From positions 1 through 64,000 of the forward strand of contig CAXHJY010000993.1 of the NCBI GenBank assembly GCA_964016885.1: a stretch of DNA of 64,000 nucleotides, read 5' to 3'. Under the pieces are notes generated by a model. The model was not told the origin of the DNA. It was given only the letters and a program-made list of their open reading frames with translations, and made no database searches. Position numbers and translations under genes: made by a program. Every line of letters starts with the position of its first letter. Position 1 is the first letter of the stretch. The stretch comes from Eledone cirrhosa (Eukaryota). Shown in pieces: positions 1 through 14,505 of the stretch.

Positions 1-289
1 CTGTCGCAGCCTTCTCAACCTGTAGGCGCTCGCACCCATGTCCATGTTTCGCACAGGCGTGATACATATGGGCACTTATACACCCACAGCGACCACATAC
101 ACCCCCGCAACTGTATTATATGCGACAATCACAGTAAATATTGAATGTGCAGTGAATACTTAGAAAGAATTTAAAAAAAAATGGTAAAACATTTGAAAGA
201 ACGTTTCAGAAAAACACACCCTCAAAATACCTTAAAAAACACACATTTCAAAACAAAAAAAATCCTATAAAAAGAACGCCTTTAAAAAC

Positions 290-462
290 GTTATGTCAAG
301 GTATTTTTGATAAATATACACATATCTACACACACACTGTACTCAGTTATTTCAAGGTATTTTTGATAAATATACACATATCTACACACACACTGTACTC
401 AGTTATTTCAAGGTATTTTTGATAAATATACACATATCTACACACACACACACTGTACTCAG
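290..462. repeat. Tandem repeat, 3 copies of a 56-60 bp unit
   Basis: gttat(g/t)tcaaggtatttttgataaatatacacatatcta(ca)nctgtactca repeated three times. Confidence 0.9.
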
Positions 463-620
463 GAAAGCATATATAGTTAAGACGCTGCACATATACAGAT
501 GAAAAAAGACGTTCTTATATATATATAAGGAGATTATATATATATAAGTAGTTTCCAACCAGAATGGTTGCATTTTTTAAGGGTATGTCAATATTTATTT
601 ATAAAACTAACCTATATTAT

Positions 621-684
621 ATTTTATCTGATGAAAGCGCACCATAGTTTGCTCTGGTGGCCCTTGAAATATGTATAATGAAAT
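621..684 (+). ncRNA. Type I hammerhead ribozyme motif (family A) in a truncated PLE 3' end (~545-728)
   Basis: attttat-CTGATGA(628-634)-stem II-GAAA(666-669)-tatgta-TA/atgaaat; same family as 3814-3879 and 30307-30369. Confidence 0.8.
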
Positions 685-723
685 AAATATGGTTTTATAA
701 ATATAGTTTCCATTTGTTAATAT

Positions 724-777
<54 letters not shown>

Positions 778-779
<2 letters not shown>

Positions 780-1200
780 AAGGTTAAACAAGGTTCAATG
801 AATAAATCAAAGAATGAGTTTCACAATAGATTGGAAGCACTCAACAGCAATGGTTTCCCGAAGGTTTCGAGTTTAATATTAATTCAAAATATTAACAAAA
901 ATAGAACTTCTTGTGATCAAGTATATTTTATTATACATATTTCAGAGGTACTGAGCTAACTTCAACAGTACGCCCTCATCAGATAAAATAAGATGATGCA
1001 TGACATACCCTGACATAATAGATGGTTAAGATGACCATGACTAGATCTTAACCATCTACTATGTCAGGGTATGTCATGCATCATCTTATTTTATCTGATG
1101 AGGGCGTACTGTTGAAGTTAGCTCAGTACCTCTGAAATAGGTATAATAAAATATACTTGATCACAAGAAGTTCTATTTTTGTTAATATTTTGAATTAATA
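778..1200. mobile_element. Palindromic PLE end in (TA)n with an HHR on each strand (925-989 minus, 1088-1152 plus)
   Basis: Inverted repeat 877-1032/1045-1200; attttat CTGATGA gggcgtact..agtacctct GAAA ta(g/t)gta TA ataaaat; homologous to the terminus of the PLE at 21700-26702. Confidence 0.85.
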
Positions 1201-1214
1201 TATATATATATATA

Positions 1215-1376
1215 TCAGATAGGGTGTGGTAAAAACCAGGTAGACCATAACCCACCAGAGTACTCGATACTTGGGGTAGTAGACTGGGTAATATGAAAAG
1301 ATTCAGGACCCCGACGGCTGAGCTCCTGCCGTTTCGACAGATAGATCCGACTGTTCGGATCTAGCTGTCGAAACGC
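1215..1376 (-). mobile_element. Truncated element end (family C) with the 3' half of an HHR and a short fold-back
   Basis: Minus strand reads GAAACGGC-aggagctca-GCCGTC/ggggtcc; hairpin ~1330-1375; homologous to 1675-1815 and 27875-28045. Confidence 0.6.
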
Positions 1377-1433
1377 ACACTTTATATATATATTATATAT
1401 ATATATATTATATATATATATATATATGCACAC

Positions 1434-1636
1434 TTAAAGTTTAAGCAAAGAATCGCTGCTTTCACCCTTAACGGGATCTTCTGAAATCCCGTTAAGGGTG
1501 AAAGCACCGATTCTTTGCTTAAACTTTAATCTGTTATTTTAATAAATATTTGCTCTACGGTTCTTATATATCTGATATATATTTATCCTTATCGAGCTCT
1601 CTTTGGATTTTAGTCTTCAAATTTATTATTATTACT
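1434..1636. mobile_element. Palindromic PLE end (family B)
   Basis: Inverted repeat ~1434-1478/1486-1530; near-identical to 28370-28885; CAGAAGA variant core on the minus strand. Confidence 0.75.
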
Positions 1637-1674
1637 ATATATGCACACTTATATAGATATATGTATGTGTGTAA

Positions 1675-1815
1675 AAATTCGGCTAGATCCGTTGAAACGG
1701 CCGGAGCTCAGCCGTCGGGGTCCCGAATCTTTCATATTACCCACTCTACTACCCAAGTATCGAGTAGTCTGGTGAGTAATAGTCTAACTGGTTTTTTACC
1801 GCCTCCATTCTGATA
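1675..1815 (+). mobile_element. Family C truncated end with the 3' half of an HHR
   Basis: GAAACGGC(1694)-cggagctca-GCCGTC/ggggtccc; diverged inverted homolog of 1215-1345. Confidence 0.6.
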
Positions 1816-1945
1816 AGTGTTAAACTAATATATATCTTCATTGTACTGTATCGTTTTGCTGTGTTGTTTTCGCGCGCGTGCATGTGCACACACAGAAATA
1901 TGGAGAGATAGAAAGATAGATAGATAGAGATATATATATATATAT

Positions 1946-2066
<121 letters not shown>

Positions 2067-2344
2067 GAAGAGGAGAGAGACTGACTGAATGTTGTTGATG
2101 GTAACGGTGTGGAAGGGAATCTACTTATTGTATGATGACTATATATTGTACATCATCACAATATTTTACACCTCGTTATGATGTGATTGTCGACAGTATG
2201 ATGGCCTTAGTGTTTCTATAGTGGTTGCTTATACCTACACTGTAACAACTATTGTTTTCTCTTTTCAATGTTTTGATTAGCTATCATCCAGTGAAGAGTG
2301 AAGGATAAAATAATTTATATATATGTGTGTGTGTGTGTGCGTAG

Positions 2345-2386
<42 letters not shown>

Positions 2387-2476
2387 ATACATACATACAT
2401 ATCCACAGTTTTTTAAAATATACATGTATAATTATGTATATGTATGTATGTGTGTGTGTGTATGACTGTATTAGTA

Positions 2477-2523
<47 letters not shown>

Positions 2524-2749
2524 CTGATGTCATACACTTCAAGGTATGTACAGATGTTTTGTCGGCACAGTCAGTTGTATACGTGTGTTTGTTTTGTATA
2601 TATATATATATATATATGTATGTATGATCTCTCTATCTATCTGCCTACCTATCTATCTGTGTATGTGTATAATTATGTTTATGTATGTTTATATATATAT
2701 GCGGATATATGTGTATATATATATATGTATATGTATGTTTATATATTTA

Positions 2750-3250
2750 ATTTTATTCATAGTTGTATAAATAACATTACAAATCGTTTGCAATTCTTTC
2801 AGAATGAAAATATAAACAGAGCATATAAATAAATTTACAGTAGAATAACACAACAACTATGTTTTAAATATACACATAAATAACATTACAAATGCTTAGA
2901 TAACATTATAAATAGCTCGCGATTCATTCAGAAAGATATATTCTTTTAATGTTACAATATTAAAGAAAATGTAAAGGAAGGGGTGAATAACAGAGCCAAC
3001 ACCAGAGCAAAAGACAGCAACGTCGCGAGTACTGGGCAACCTCTCTAGTGATTTTTGAGGCAAGCCAGCACACTCGCAGCGTTGCCTCGGGTGATGGCGA
3101 GGCTGATGCGCTGAAACAGCCAAGCGCCCTCGCGAGATTCGCCAGTTACCCCTATTAGGCGAGCCGCCAGTGAGGAGAGGAACCTCGCAGTCAGCGGCCC
3201 GACTCCCCCAAACGTCTCGAAAGCCACAGGCTGAAAAATGTAGCTGGTCG
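2750..3250 (-). mobile_element. 3' fragment of a CRE-like (restriction-like endonuclease) non-LTR retrotransposon
   Basis: FQPVAFETFGGVG..FLSSLAARL..TGESRE..LFQRISLAITRGNAASVL is the typical CRE-clade C-terminus (stop at 3045). Confidence 0.75.
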
Positions 3251-3444
3251 ACAGATCAATGTGTGTGTATGTATATATGTTTATGTATATATATAGGCAT
3301 GTATGTGTATATGTATGCATGTGCGCATGTATGTACACTTGAAGCGATATATATATATTTAATTATAAACACCGTATTTCTTTAGAATTACGAAATTCCA
3401 ATACATATCTGTAGAACAACTTATGCTCGAGGCTAAATTCTAAT

Positions 3445-3479
<35 letters not shown>

Positions 3480-3480
3480 G

Positions 3481-3922
3481 CAGAGGTTATATTTAATTTG
3501 TTGGGATTCAACAACCTTAACATTTTTTATAACTGTTATAAAGCACCTTAACAGATTAGTGGAGTAAATATACAATATATTAACAAATGGAAACTATATT
3601 TATTTTATTATACATATTTCAAGGGCCATCAAGGCAAATTATGGTGCGCTTTCATCAGATAAAATACAATACAGATTAGTTTTATAAATAAATATTGACA
3701 TACTCTGAAAAAAAAGACACCCTTAACGGTTGGAGCTTCCTGGATAGTCCAACCGTTAAGGTTGTCTTTTTTCAGGGTATGTCAATATTTATTTATAAAA
3801 CTAATCTGTATTGTATTTTATCTGATGAAAGCGCACCATAATTTGCCTTGATGGCCCTTGAAATATGTATAATAAAATAAATATGGTTTTATAAATATAG
3901 TTTCCATTTGTTAATATATTGT
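3481..3922. mobile_element. Palindromic PLE end (family A) with HHRs at 3601-3666 (minus) and 3814-3879 (plus)
   Basis: Inverted repeat ~3574-3734/3748-3921 flanked by (TA)n; CTGATGA 3822-3828, GAAA 3860-3863, stem I attttat/ataaaat. Confidence 0.85.
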
Positions 3923-3980
3923 ATATATATATATATATTAATTCTGGCAATATTACACAAATATGACCCTCCCCAAGTAT

Positions 3981-4086
<106 letters not shown>

Positions 4087-4960
4087 TATAACGTATGAAA
4101 AAAGAATATAAGAAATGTTACGTTTAAGGAAATCTTACAAAACAATGTAAATCAGCAAGCTCAGCTACTACTGTTCAATAACTTACCTTTCACTCGAATC
4201 TCTTCGAGTAGTTCCAATCGAACATGTCCATTGACAATATTTCCTGGATGATAAACACTACATTCCTCAGGGAACACTATATCAAAATAGCTAATTTTGC
4301 CCATTCTACCGAGGCAATATTCCTTGGTGTCAGACCACACTCCAGTTATCTGGTGTGGCTGACAAGGATCTACGCTGCACTTTTGATGTGTAGTTCGTTA
4401 AAGGCACCGTCTCATTTATTTGTAGATATCTCTTCTAAGGTTTAGTTAGTATATGTGTAGTTGTTCTTCTACAGTAGTCTGTCGAGTTGAATCTATTACA
4501 GCATGTGCTTGCTGCTTGCTAGTCCGGTTCTTTTACTAATACTCATATGGCTGTTGACGATTGTCGTGTGTGTATGTATGTGTGTCTGTGTGTGCGTGTG
4601 TTGAGGTCTGGAGATTGTTGCTGGTGTGTGTGTATGTGTATCTGTGTGTATGTGTGTCTGTGTATGTGTGTATGTCTATGTGTGCATGTACGTGTGTTGT
4701 GGTTTAGAGGAGGTTGATGGTGAATGTGTGTGTATGTGTTGTGGTCTGGAGTGTGCTGGGGAGTATGTATGTATGTATGTGTGTGTGTGATGTAGTCTGG
4801 AGAGTGCTGGGGGTATGTATATATGTGTGTGTGTGTGTGTGTGTTGGGGTCTGGAGAGAGTGTTGGGGCCGAGGGGGGGGGGGGTGTATATATGTGTGTG
4901 TGTATGTGTACGTTTCTGTCTGTGTGTGTTGTGGTCTGAAGGGTATTGGCGGTGTGTGTA

Positions 4961-4995
<35 letters not shown>

Positions 4996-5158
4996 ATACG
5001 CGCGCGTGCGTGCGTGTGTGTGTGAGTATGTGTGTGTGTAATGTTAGTGTTTTCTATCAGTAATGTATATTGTTTGTGGTGATGTGTGCCAGTCAAATTG
5101 TTTTGGCCGCTATATTTTGTCGTCTGTGTGTATATATATATACATATATATATATATA

Positions 5159-5190
<32 letters not shown>

Positions 5191-6643
5191 TACAGGTGAT
5201 GCTAAATGAAAGTATGATTATATTTCTAGATTATGTATGTTTGCATGTGTGTCTAACGCAGTTCGTTTATACGGATTATTCTGCGAACGTTATAAATTAA
5301 GGCACATTTTCCCCTCTCCCTCTCCTTTCTCATTATATCTGGTATTGTTACTTAAGTGAGTGTCCACTCGTGATGCTGGAGTGTGAGTGCGAGTGTGAGT
5401 GTGAGTGAGTCTACGTACTGTTGCATGCTAATGATCGAACGAGTATCCACTTGTGTTGGTTGCTAAGTAAGTAAACTCATAAGGTATGAATGTAAAACAG
5501 TATTTCTTGCTAAAAGTGTACGTCCACTCAGGTGAGTAGCTAATTGTATAGGTGAGTGTGAGTGGCTTCTTTCCGTCTCACCTCTCAGTATGCCTGGCTA
5601 TGAGTGACATCGCATCACCATGAAAGATAGATAATTTAATATTTTAACCTGTATAGTTGGCATCTAGCCGGACAATGGTAATAATTATGATGTTTTCTTT
5701 ATTGACCACAAAGGGTTTACAAAAAACAAAACAAAACAAAAAATCATTAAGGGCAACACAAGACGGTACGATGTGGGTTTCTGGGTGTAAAAATAAGCAT
5801 CGGAATAAATCCAAAGAAAACACTACGAAGGTCAAATAATTATAATAATATAAAAAAAGGAGGAGAAATTTTCGTTAATAGGGTTTTTATCATAGAAGAG
5901 GATGATGGCTTTTCGCCAGAATTTGGCATGTATTAAGATATTTCCAGCTGATTAAGGAAAGGTGGGGGATTGGATGAAAGGGGTTGCTTTGTAATTATGT
6001 AAGAGTGGTGTAAATCGAGAATAGAAATGTGTAAATAAGGTTACATGGATTATATTTTAAGGGAGAGTAAAATGTATAGGAATTAGAGGCGGGGAAAGAG
6101 TATATTATAGTAGGATGAATGTTAAATGTGTAATGTGCTAGGATGGAGGAGGAGGAGGGGGGGGGTTAAGCATGGCTGGCAGAGTGTTGCTGGGTTACAA
6201 TAAATATACATCAGCTAACGAATCTTTCCATTGATTTCTTTATATACCATATTCCGTTGAAAGGGTGTAAAAACAGTAGGGATACGACAGCAGTCGGAAG
6301 TATGAGATTTAACGCCCAAGCATACCTCACCACAGACATAGGAGGCGATAAGTGAGTGTAAACAGATGAAAATAGATGAACAAGTTTAAAATAAGAAAAT
6401 AAGAATTACTAGAACAAAATGTACGTTAGTCTGTGTAAATGTATGATATACATACATACATACATACATACATACATACATACATACATTATACATACAT
6501 ATACATACATGCATACAAACATACATAGATACATGCATACATGCATGCATGCATACATTCATACATACATACATGCATAGGTATGTATGTATGTGTGTAT
6601 ATATGTATGTAATGTATGTATTTATGTATGTATGTATATATAT

Positions 6644-6735
<92 letters not shown>

Positions 6736-6763
6736 CAATAGATAAAAAAAGAAATAAAACAGA

Positions 6764-6811
<48 letters not shown>

Positions 6812-6867
6812 TAACACAGATAAGAAATAAATAAGAAATATATATATATATATAGAGAGAGAGAGGG

Positions 6868-6954
<87 letters not shown>

Positions 6955-7477
6955 AAGTGACTCCTGGTAACTGAGCTAACTTGACCAAGTTTCATGCAGT
7001 AAATTTGGCAATTTTGTGTAATAATACTCTGATAGAGTTCTAAAAACTGGAAGAAATATAAGTCTATATATTTATAATAAAACTATGAAGACTGATGCAA
7101 TTAAGTTTGACCTTTTGATCAATTCTCCGCACCAGGATGTTGAAATGGTAATAGCTTGATACTATGGGAATCTATAAATTAGAAGTAGTTGTAGTTGAAT
7201 TTAGCATCAGCAGAAACATTAAAGTGTCATTTGTTTATTTTTCATACAAGATTTTAGAGCTTCCATTGAAATTGTCACAGAAAAAGTAACCTGTAACCTT
7301 TCACAAGTCCCGAGTATTTGGCTAGATGCCATCTGTAATACTTTACATGGTTAACTGTTTAACTGAATAATTATACTTTAAAATTTTAGACTTGGGACAA
7401 TGTCAAATAAATAATCCAAGCGCCAGAAACCCAGTACAGAAAAATAATTTACAATAACTGTTTGTGATTTAGACACA

Positions 7478-8107
7478 AGGTCAGCAACATGAGGGGGGAG
7501 GAAAGTTGATTAAATCGACTCAATGCCGGATTTACCATTGTGCTTAGGTGTGCTTAATTACAGGGTCCCGTTGGCCAGGGGCCATCTTCCTGCCAAAATA
7601 ATTTTTTACTTCCTTCAGGGCCTAAGTAAGGGGCCTCATAACTTAAATAACACTGGGTCTCATTTGTCCTAAATCCGGCACTGAATTGACCCTAGTACTT
7701 GACCAGTACTTTATTTTATCTACCCTGGAAGGATGATAAGTAGGGACTTGGAAATAAATAATCCAAGCGCCAGAAACCTAGTACAGTAAAATAGTTTTCA
7801 ATAACTGTTATTTAGGCACAAGGCCAGAAACTTGAAGGGAGAGGAAAGTTGATTAAATCGACCCCAGTACTTGACTGGTACTTTATTTCATCGACCCTGT
7901 AAGGATGAAAGGCAAATCTCTCGGCGGAATTTGAACTCAGAATGTTAAGAGCTGGAAGAAAAACCACGTGACATTTTGTTTGATTGATTTCTAAGGCCAA
8001 CAAATTTGGGGAAAGGGCAAAGTTGATTAAATCTATCCCAGTAATTGACTGGTATTTTATTTTATCGAGCCGGTAAGGACGAAAGGTAAAATTAATTTTG
8101 GCGGGAC
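7478..8107 (-). mobile_element. Cluster of three partial tRNA-derived SINE copies
   Basis: Recurrent ggcacaaggccag..gttgattaaatcgaccccagtacttgactggtactttattt..ggatgaaaggcaaa..ggcggaatttgaactcag (B box on minus strand). Confidence 0.8.
7521..7683. mobile_element. hAT-like MITE inserted in a SINE
   Basis: TIR caatgccggattta / taaatccggcactg; degenerate 8-bp TSD aatcgact / aattgacc; SINE sequence resumes on both sides. Confidence 0.7.
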
Positions 8108-8899
8108 CTACAACAATAAAACATTCACAATTTGAAAATTGTTAGCCATTGATTTTAACGGATTATCTTTAGGCACAACATCTAATCAATACAAGGAGTT
8201 CAATACACAATCAAAAACAATTTGCATGTAAAGACAAGTGGGACAGACTTTCCCCCCAGACATAACTGATAAAAATAATTCCACAATTATTTCTATCAAA
8301 CTTAAACCAGTAAAATATTTCTTCCATTTCTTTCCAGTTCTCTTAATAACGCTTTTGTTGCATAAACCATTATCTTGTTCTTTTTACTTACTCAGACCTG
8401 TCAACTCTCCCCGTCCGACGGGGATATCTCCCACCCATTTTGGGGTGGGTGAGAGATGTCTTCTTTTGTGAAAATGGATATAGCTTTCACTATGTAAAAT
8501 CTCCCCCATTTTGGCTCATTTCTCCCCGTTTTGGGGCACTTTTTTCCATGGTATTCACCACACACACACACTTAGCGCTGGAAGACTTATTACATTATCA
8601 CTTTTTTCTTCCATCTTTGCCCTATTGTATCATTTTTTTTTCAACCATCGAGGTTTTGTATTCTTTCACACTTTTGATTAGATATTTTAATAATCAGTAT
8701 TAAATATACATAATTTATGAATGGGTTGCGAGTATATATAATCATCATATATCTTCTTCTTCTTCTGTCACTTATTCCTGAGAGGGTCGTGGGGGCAGAG
8801 TCTTCCTCCATACCTGCTATAAGGAATGCGTCTGGAGTTCTCTCTTCAGAGAGGTACATCCTCGCGAGTTGGAGATAATATTTTGCTGATCTCCTAAAC

Positions 8900-9370
8900 C
8901 CGATCACAACATCTTCAGATTTACACGAGGTGCATCTGGGGGCAGTGACTAATTTCTTAGAGGCTGAGGTCACAAGAGCATTTAAAGAGCTAAAATATGG
9001 CAAGGCCACTGGAAAAGATGAAATCTGGCTCGAGATGTTAAAAGGCTTAAATAAACAAGGTATTCTCTGGCTGACTCATATATTCCGGGAGGCCTGGATC
9101 TCTGGGAAGACACCTAAGCAATGGCAATCAGGAGTGATAATCCAATTTTCAAAATGGGAGACAAGAGAGATTGTTTCAATTACAGAGGGATCTCCTTGTT
9201 AAGCCTCCATGGTAAAGTGTCTGGCAAAGAGATGCAGTGATACTGTCGAGTTTAAGCTGGGTGATGAACAGTGCGGTTTTCGCCCCGGACTCAGCACAGC
9301 CGACTAAATATTCAGACTGCGGCAGGTCTTCGAGAAATCGTGAGAGTATTGCCAAGAGGTATATTCTTGT
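8900..9370 (+). mobile_element. RTE-clade LINE RT fragment (frameshifted)
   Basis: EVTRAFKELKYGKATGKDEI..EMLK..W..GKTPKQWQSGVII then CFNYRGISLLS. Confidence 0.8.
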
Positions 9371-9722
9371 ATTTCTATTTCGAGCTCTGGCTTTCACCAG
9401 GACAGTGCTTCCCCTATGTACCAATTGTTTCCACTGAGTTCATAAAAGTAATTCTTACCAATTCATTTCATACATATGAGCAAGGCCACATCTCAGCTCA
9501 GATTGGAAAGGGATTTTGTGTTCAATATTACTAATTAGTACCTTGACTCATTGACATGTTGACCTTTAAACTTTTGAACTCTAGTTTCCAAACATTTTTT
9601 GCATTTCCTCGACAAATTCAGCTATGGGAACCAGGTCAGTAACTTAAAGTCATTCAGTTCTCTGAACTTCGACATTATTGCCCCCAACAACTACAATGGA
9701 TAGAAAGGAGCTAATACTCTCC

Positions 9723-9801
<79 letters not shown>

Positions 9802-10242
9802 CACACACAAGCACAGTGCTCGGGTTTTATAGTAAAAAAATATTTACTTAAATAATTACTTGAGTTTTCTTTGACCTTTCTCTCTTTTAATGTCCGTAGG
9901 TGTATGTAGCGAGGACGACCCTGTACCTCGATAGTGTGGAGAGGAAAGGGGTATCCTCCTAGCGTTCTCTTAAAGAGTAGAGTGGTTTAGGATTGGCGGG
10001 TTCATTTTACCTTCATTTACATTTTGCATTCATTTAAATTCATTTTGTCTGTCTGTATGGTCCCGTACCTCCCGATAGAGCCGTAGCGGCACCGTATTCA
10101 CAAACGGCGTTTCTTGGGCATTTTAAGCCTGGCGGGGCCCTTCCCTCTCCAGGCCTGAGTACAGCAGATTTCTTCCAGAGAAAGATAGAAACTGAGAGAG
10201 AGAGAGAGAGAGAGAATAGATGAGAAAGAGATATAGAAGAAG

Positions 10243-10402
10243 AATCGACCCCAGCACTAGACTGGTACTTTTTTTATCGACCTCGAAAGGATGAAAGTCA
10301 AAGTTGACCTCGGCGGGATTTGAACAGAGAGAGTAGGGAGCCGGAATGACTACCATAAATCATTCTACCCGACGTTCTAACGACTTTGCCAATTTTCTGC
10401 CT
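10243..10402 (-). mobile_element. tRNA-derived SINE
   Basis: atcgaccccag..ctggtact..atcgacctcgaaaggatgaaagtcaaagttgacctcggcgggatttgaac; homologous to 19810-19998. Confidence 0.8.
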
Positions 10403-10829
10403 ATAAATTCATTTTACATTCATTTAAATCTATTCAAATAAATTTCTTCCATATTTTTTTTTAATTCGGACAGCATAGCTCTATGAAATCAAAACATTTT
10501 CCTGACATATTTTCAGCTCATTTCTTATCCCAGGTAGAAATAATATATAAGACGTGGCTGACAGGCTCACACTTGTCTATTTTACGTTAATCCCCATAGT
10601 ATTCTTTGTTCAAAAGTTAATACCTAATTGCGTCTATTTAATTACCATTTTAGTTTTCATTTTTATTTTGCATTATACGATGGTCGACTGAAACATTCAT
10701 AGGCTGAAATGTTCATAGGATAACGAAGAAACACTCACGGAATGACCAAATGCGTTTCATTTTTCAACATAGTCCCTGGAAAGAAACAATGAAGTTATTA
10801 ATTTTCGGGACTGCATACATCTGCGCCTC

Positions 10830-12250
10830 TCACTCCTGGCTCTTGACGACAAGCACCAATCTCGTTGCTAGCACCTTGGCCAAAATCTTAAACTCTATGT
10901 TTAGCAGAATTATGGGCCTGAAGTTATCTAAAACGTCCCTCTTGTTCTCATCCAGCGTTACTACGCCCTGACACACAGAACTGAGTATAACAGGATGATA
11001 AGGGTGTTTTAATGTGTAGTAACAAAGTTGTTAGAGGAAATAATGTAATTGTTGTAACGCCACGAGTAATCAGTTTGGTAGAAAGATGTGTTGGTCACAT
11101 CGACAAACGAGTAACTTGATAACAACGTCAAGAAGAAGAATGTTCGTGAGATGAAAAGTATGTTTATTTGTTGTGGCACAAAGTAATGTTTTGTTAAATG
11201 ATATGATTGTAGTTCAACCTAAAAAAGGTTACAAAAGGAATGTGCCATTGTGCCAGGCCCGAGGCGGGCCGGCAGGCCAAAGTGCAAAATCTCACCGTTA
11301 CATGTTGTTCCCCCGAAGTTCAGGATGCGAGAGGCTGATTCTTCAAATCCTCGAGGGGAATCTCCCCCTCAGGGCGCGTAGGCATACATTCTCTTCTGCT
11401 GGCGCTGATTGGCTAAGCTGAGCCAAATCACGCACAGAGAATGTGTGATCCCGCGGAACGTAGGTCACTACAATGCTGTCTATCACTACATGAGAATACT
11501 CCTCTTCAGCTGCCAGTTGCAGTAGACGGCTTAGCTCTGACAATGCAACCTTCATGTTTGCCATTGAAGAAATGGTCTAGTGCCATTCTCGCCGCTAGCA
11601 ACTATTGAAACTACTCTTTAGAGCACCCCACCATCTGTTTAGCAGAGTTATGGGCCTGGTGTTGTCTAAAACGTTTCTCTTGTTCTCATCTTTCCTCATC
11701 TGCATTATTACGCCCTGACTCACAAAACTGAAAATTCTCTCGTTCTACTGCCAGTTGCAATAGACGTCTTTAAGGAGATCGGAGAAAAAGTCTGGCATAT
11801 CTACGTAAAACCCATAGAGTAGACCATCGAAACCGGGCGATTGGTGCTTCGTACAATCTTGGTTGTTGTTATCAGCTTTTCTCAGTATTCCGCATCTATC
11901 ATCGAGAGTCGCGACAGGCCGCCGAGGTAGGAACTGAAATCTGACACCTCCGAACCCTGCTCTCCCCGAACAGTCGTGCAAAGTGTTGGTTAAAAGCCAC
12001 ACACACCTGCCTAGAATCGACCAGCACGCGCCCGTTTCGATTTGTCAAATACCAAATTGTCGTTTAATTTCCAGGCTGCGCATTTGCCACTCGGAGCCAT
12101 CAAACAACTTTCGTTCTCTCGTTTCTTAGAGCACACATCTTAGCTCTGACAATGCAGCATTCGTATTTCACGTTGAAAAAAAAAATGGTGTAGTGCCATT
12201 CTCGCTTCTAGCACGTCGTTTGCTCATCTAACCTCATCTAGTTTAGCTAC
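10830..12250 (-). mobile_element. Rearranged L1/Tx1-like LINE RT fragments with an internal duplication
   Basis: Minus strand DNFRPIILLNIEFKILAKVLATRL (~10860-10930) and QSPGFDGLLYGFY..DLLKDVYCNWQ; segments repeated at 11530-11730 and 12140-12210. Confidence 0.7.
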
Positions 12251-13210
12251 TAATTCCCCCTCCTACTCTCTTGAGAGCGCCCAGCCACCTGTTGTTGACG
12301 ACTCCTCCTGTCAACTCTCGCTTAACAAAAGTGTTAATCCTGTCGCTGTAGCCATTACACTCCGGGAACGACACGTTAAACTTCCAATAAGATAAGACGG
12401 CTCCTGTCTACGTGTTCTATCTAAGTCGAACATGTAGATCACGAATAGTATTCTTGAAACCCAATACAAAATTGACCTCTAAAGCTGATAGATGTGTTGG
12501 AAGTAGAACTATTTCCTCTATAGATTCTATAGGATTTCAAAGTAATACTTCATTCATTTTTCAGTCCACATTGTAATACTCATTCATTCTCACATGCACA
12601 CACGTCGACCACGCTCCTACACAGACAATCACATTCAGGGCCGGATTTAGACCATGCAGCCCTGGGGCACTACTGGCCTTGTGACCCCATCTTACACAAA
12701 AATTATGACACACAGCAAACCCTCAATTTTACGTACCATCTTATTGCATGTAATTGGAATTGACAAGTTATACATACAAATGTTAAATGCAAAATCAACC
12801 CGTAATACATAAATGCAATATGGAAATAGAGATACATACATAAAAGTTAAATGGAAATATATATAATATATACACAATAGGTAAATGTTGAATGTTATAT
12901 ATAAATGTACTGACATGTTAATGTCAACGCTGCTAAATCAGCCATAATAACGTTAAACGCATCTATCAATGCAAAATGTTACCAAAACTAAGTATAGTAA
13001 ATTATGCTTACTTATAGTGATATGTATCACTACAAAAGTCTTTCGACATGTGGAAAATCTTGAATGAACTCATCAAACACTATCATCTTCAGAATACTAC
13101 TCTCTACATATCCAGTAGGTAGAGAGCACGTTAGTATTTTGTGTGTCATCATGATCCTCAGTTAAATCTTTATAAATGCTAATTTGTTGAATGATCTCAC
13201 TTACTAACCA

Positions 13211-13568
13211 CTCTCGGGTCCCAAATAATAGGGGGTGGTTATAATAACCAGGGTGGGTGGGTGGAATAAGCGGGGGAGTTGGAATAAGTGGTCGTGGCGG
13301 TGGTGGTGGGGAATTGGAAAATCGGTAATTTTTCTAGATTGTCTTCGTTGATTTAAAAAAAAACAAACCAGAATTAGTGGTTTAGTTTACATATCAAGAC
13401 CCCAACCCATCCTATTTATTTAATAACGTATGGGATTTCTACTAATGTACTTTTTTGGTCATTTATAATGTTATTTAATGTCTAAAGAAAAATTTTCGCC
13501 AGAGATAGATTAACAAAATTAAATAAGCAGGAGCTTGGACAAAAATTTGAAATTGATAAGCGGGAAGT

Positions 13569-13600
<32 letters not shown>

Positions 13601-13615
13601 CTCGAGACCCGAGAG
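13211..13615. mobile_element. Non-autonomous DNA transposon (Tc1/mariner-type MITE)
   Basis: TIR ctctcgggtc / gacccgagag followed by TA; second copy at 43239-43545. Confidence 0.75.
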
Positions 13616-13987
13616 TACATCAGCACTTGGAAAGGTATCAGCCCCATTAATTTTATTTTTCTCCCCAAAATACCAAAACACACATCTATTTGTATATGCG
13701 CTACAATTTATGTTACATGTTATGGAGAGATAGATGGGAGAGATAAATATATATATAGAGAGAGGGGTATATATAGAGTTTCATGGTAATTGAAATAGAG
13801 AGGAAGATTGGGAGAATGTGTTGTATATTAGATATAGAGAGGGGGAGAGATTGATGTTTATTGATATAGAGAGGGGGATTGGAAGAAAGTTCCGTGTAGT
13901 AGTATAGAGAGCGGGAGAGTTTGGGGGTAAATTGATATAGAGAGGGGGATTGAAAGAGAGTTCCGTGTAGTAAATATAGTTTGGTGC

Positions 13988-14029
<42 letters not shown>

Positions 14030-14033
<4 letters not shown>

Positions 14034-14427
14034 CAATAATATTAATAAATGGAAAATATCATTATAAAACCGTATTTATTTTATTATACATATTTCAAGG
14101 GTACCAATATTTTGGGACGTTTTCGTCAGATAAAATACAATATTCGGTTTAAAGATAGTGACATATCCTCATATGAACTTAATGTTATGAGTTCGTTGTG
14201 GATATGTCACTATCTTTAAACCAAATATTGTATTTTATCTGACGAAAGCGTTCCAAAATATTGGTACCCTTGAAATATGTATAATAAAATAAATATGGTT
14301 TTATAATGATAATTTCCATTTATTAATATTATTGATATTAATTATACTCCAGAAAAATATCTGTTGAGTGGTTCTAATCTGTTATAAATTAACTTTGTTG
14401 AATAATCAAGAAAACAAATAACTGATT

Positions 14428-14430
<3 letters not shown>
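14030..14430. mobile_element. Palindromic PLE end with HHRs at 14077-14137 (minus) and 14231-14291 (plus)
   Basis: Inverted repeat ~14030-14167/14200-14338; tattttat CTGACGA aagcg..ccctt GAAA tatgta TA ataaaata; flanked by (TA)n. Confidence 0.85.
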
Positions 14431-14500
<70 letters not shown>

Positions 14501-14505
14501 TATAA

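Noticed and set aside
5640-6360. Possible minus-strand LINE remnant (FWRKAII, KPTSYR); also a possible PLE RT remnant at ~48100-48690
   Set aside because: Motifs too short and decayed to assign without a profile search
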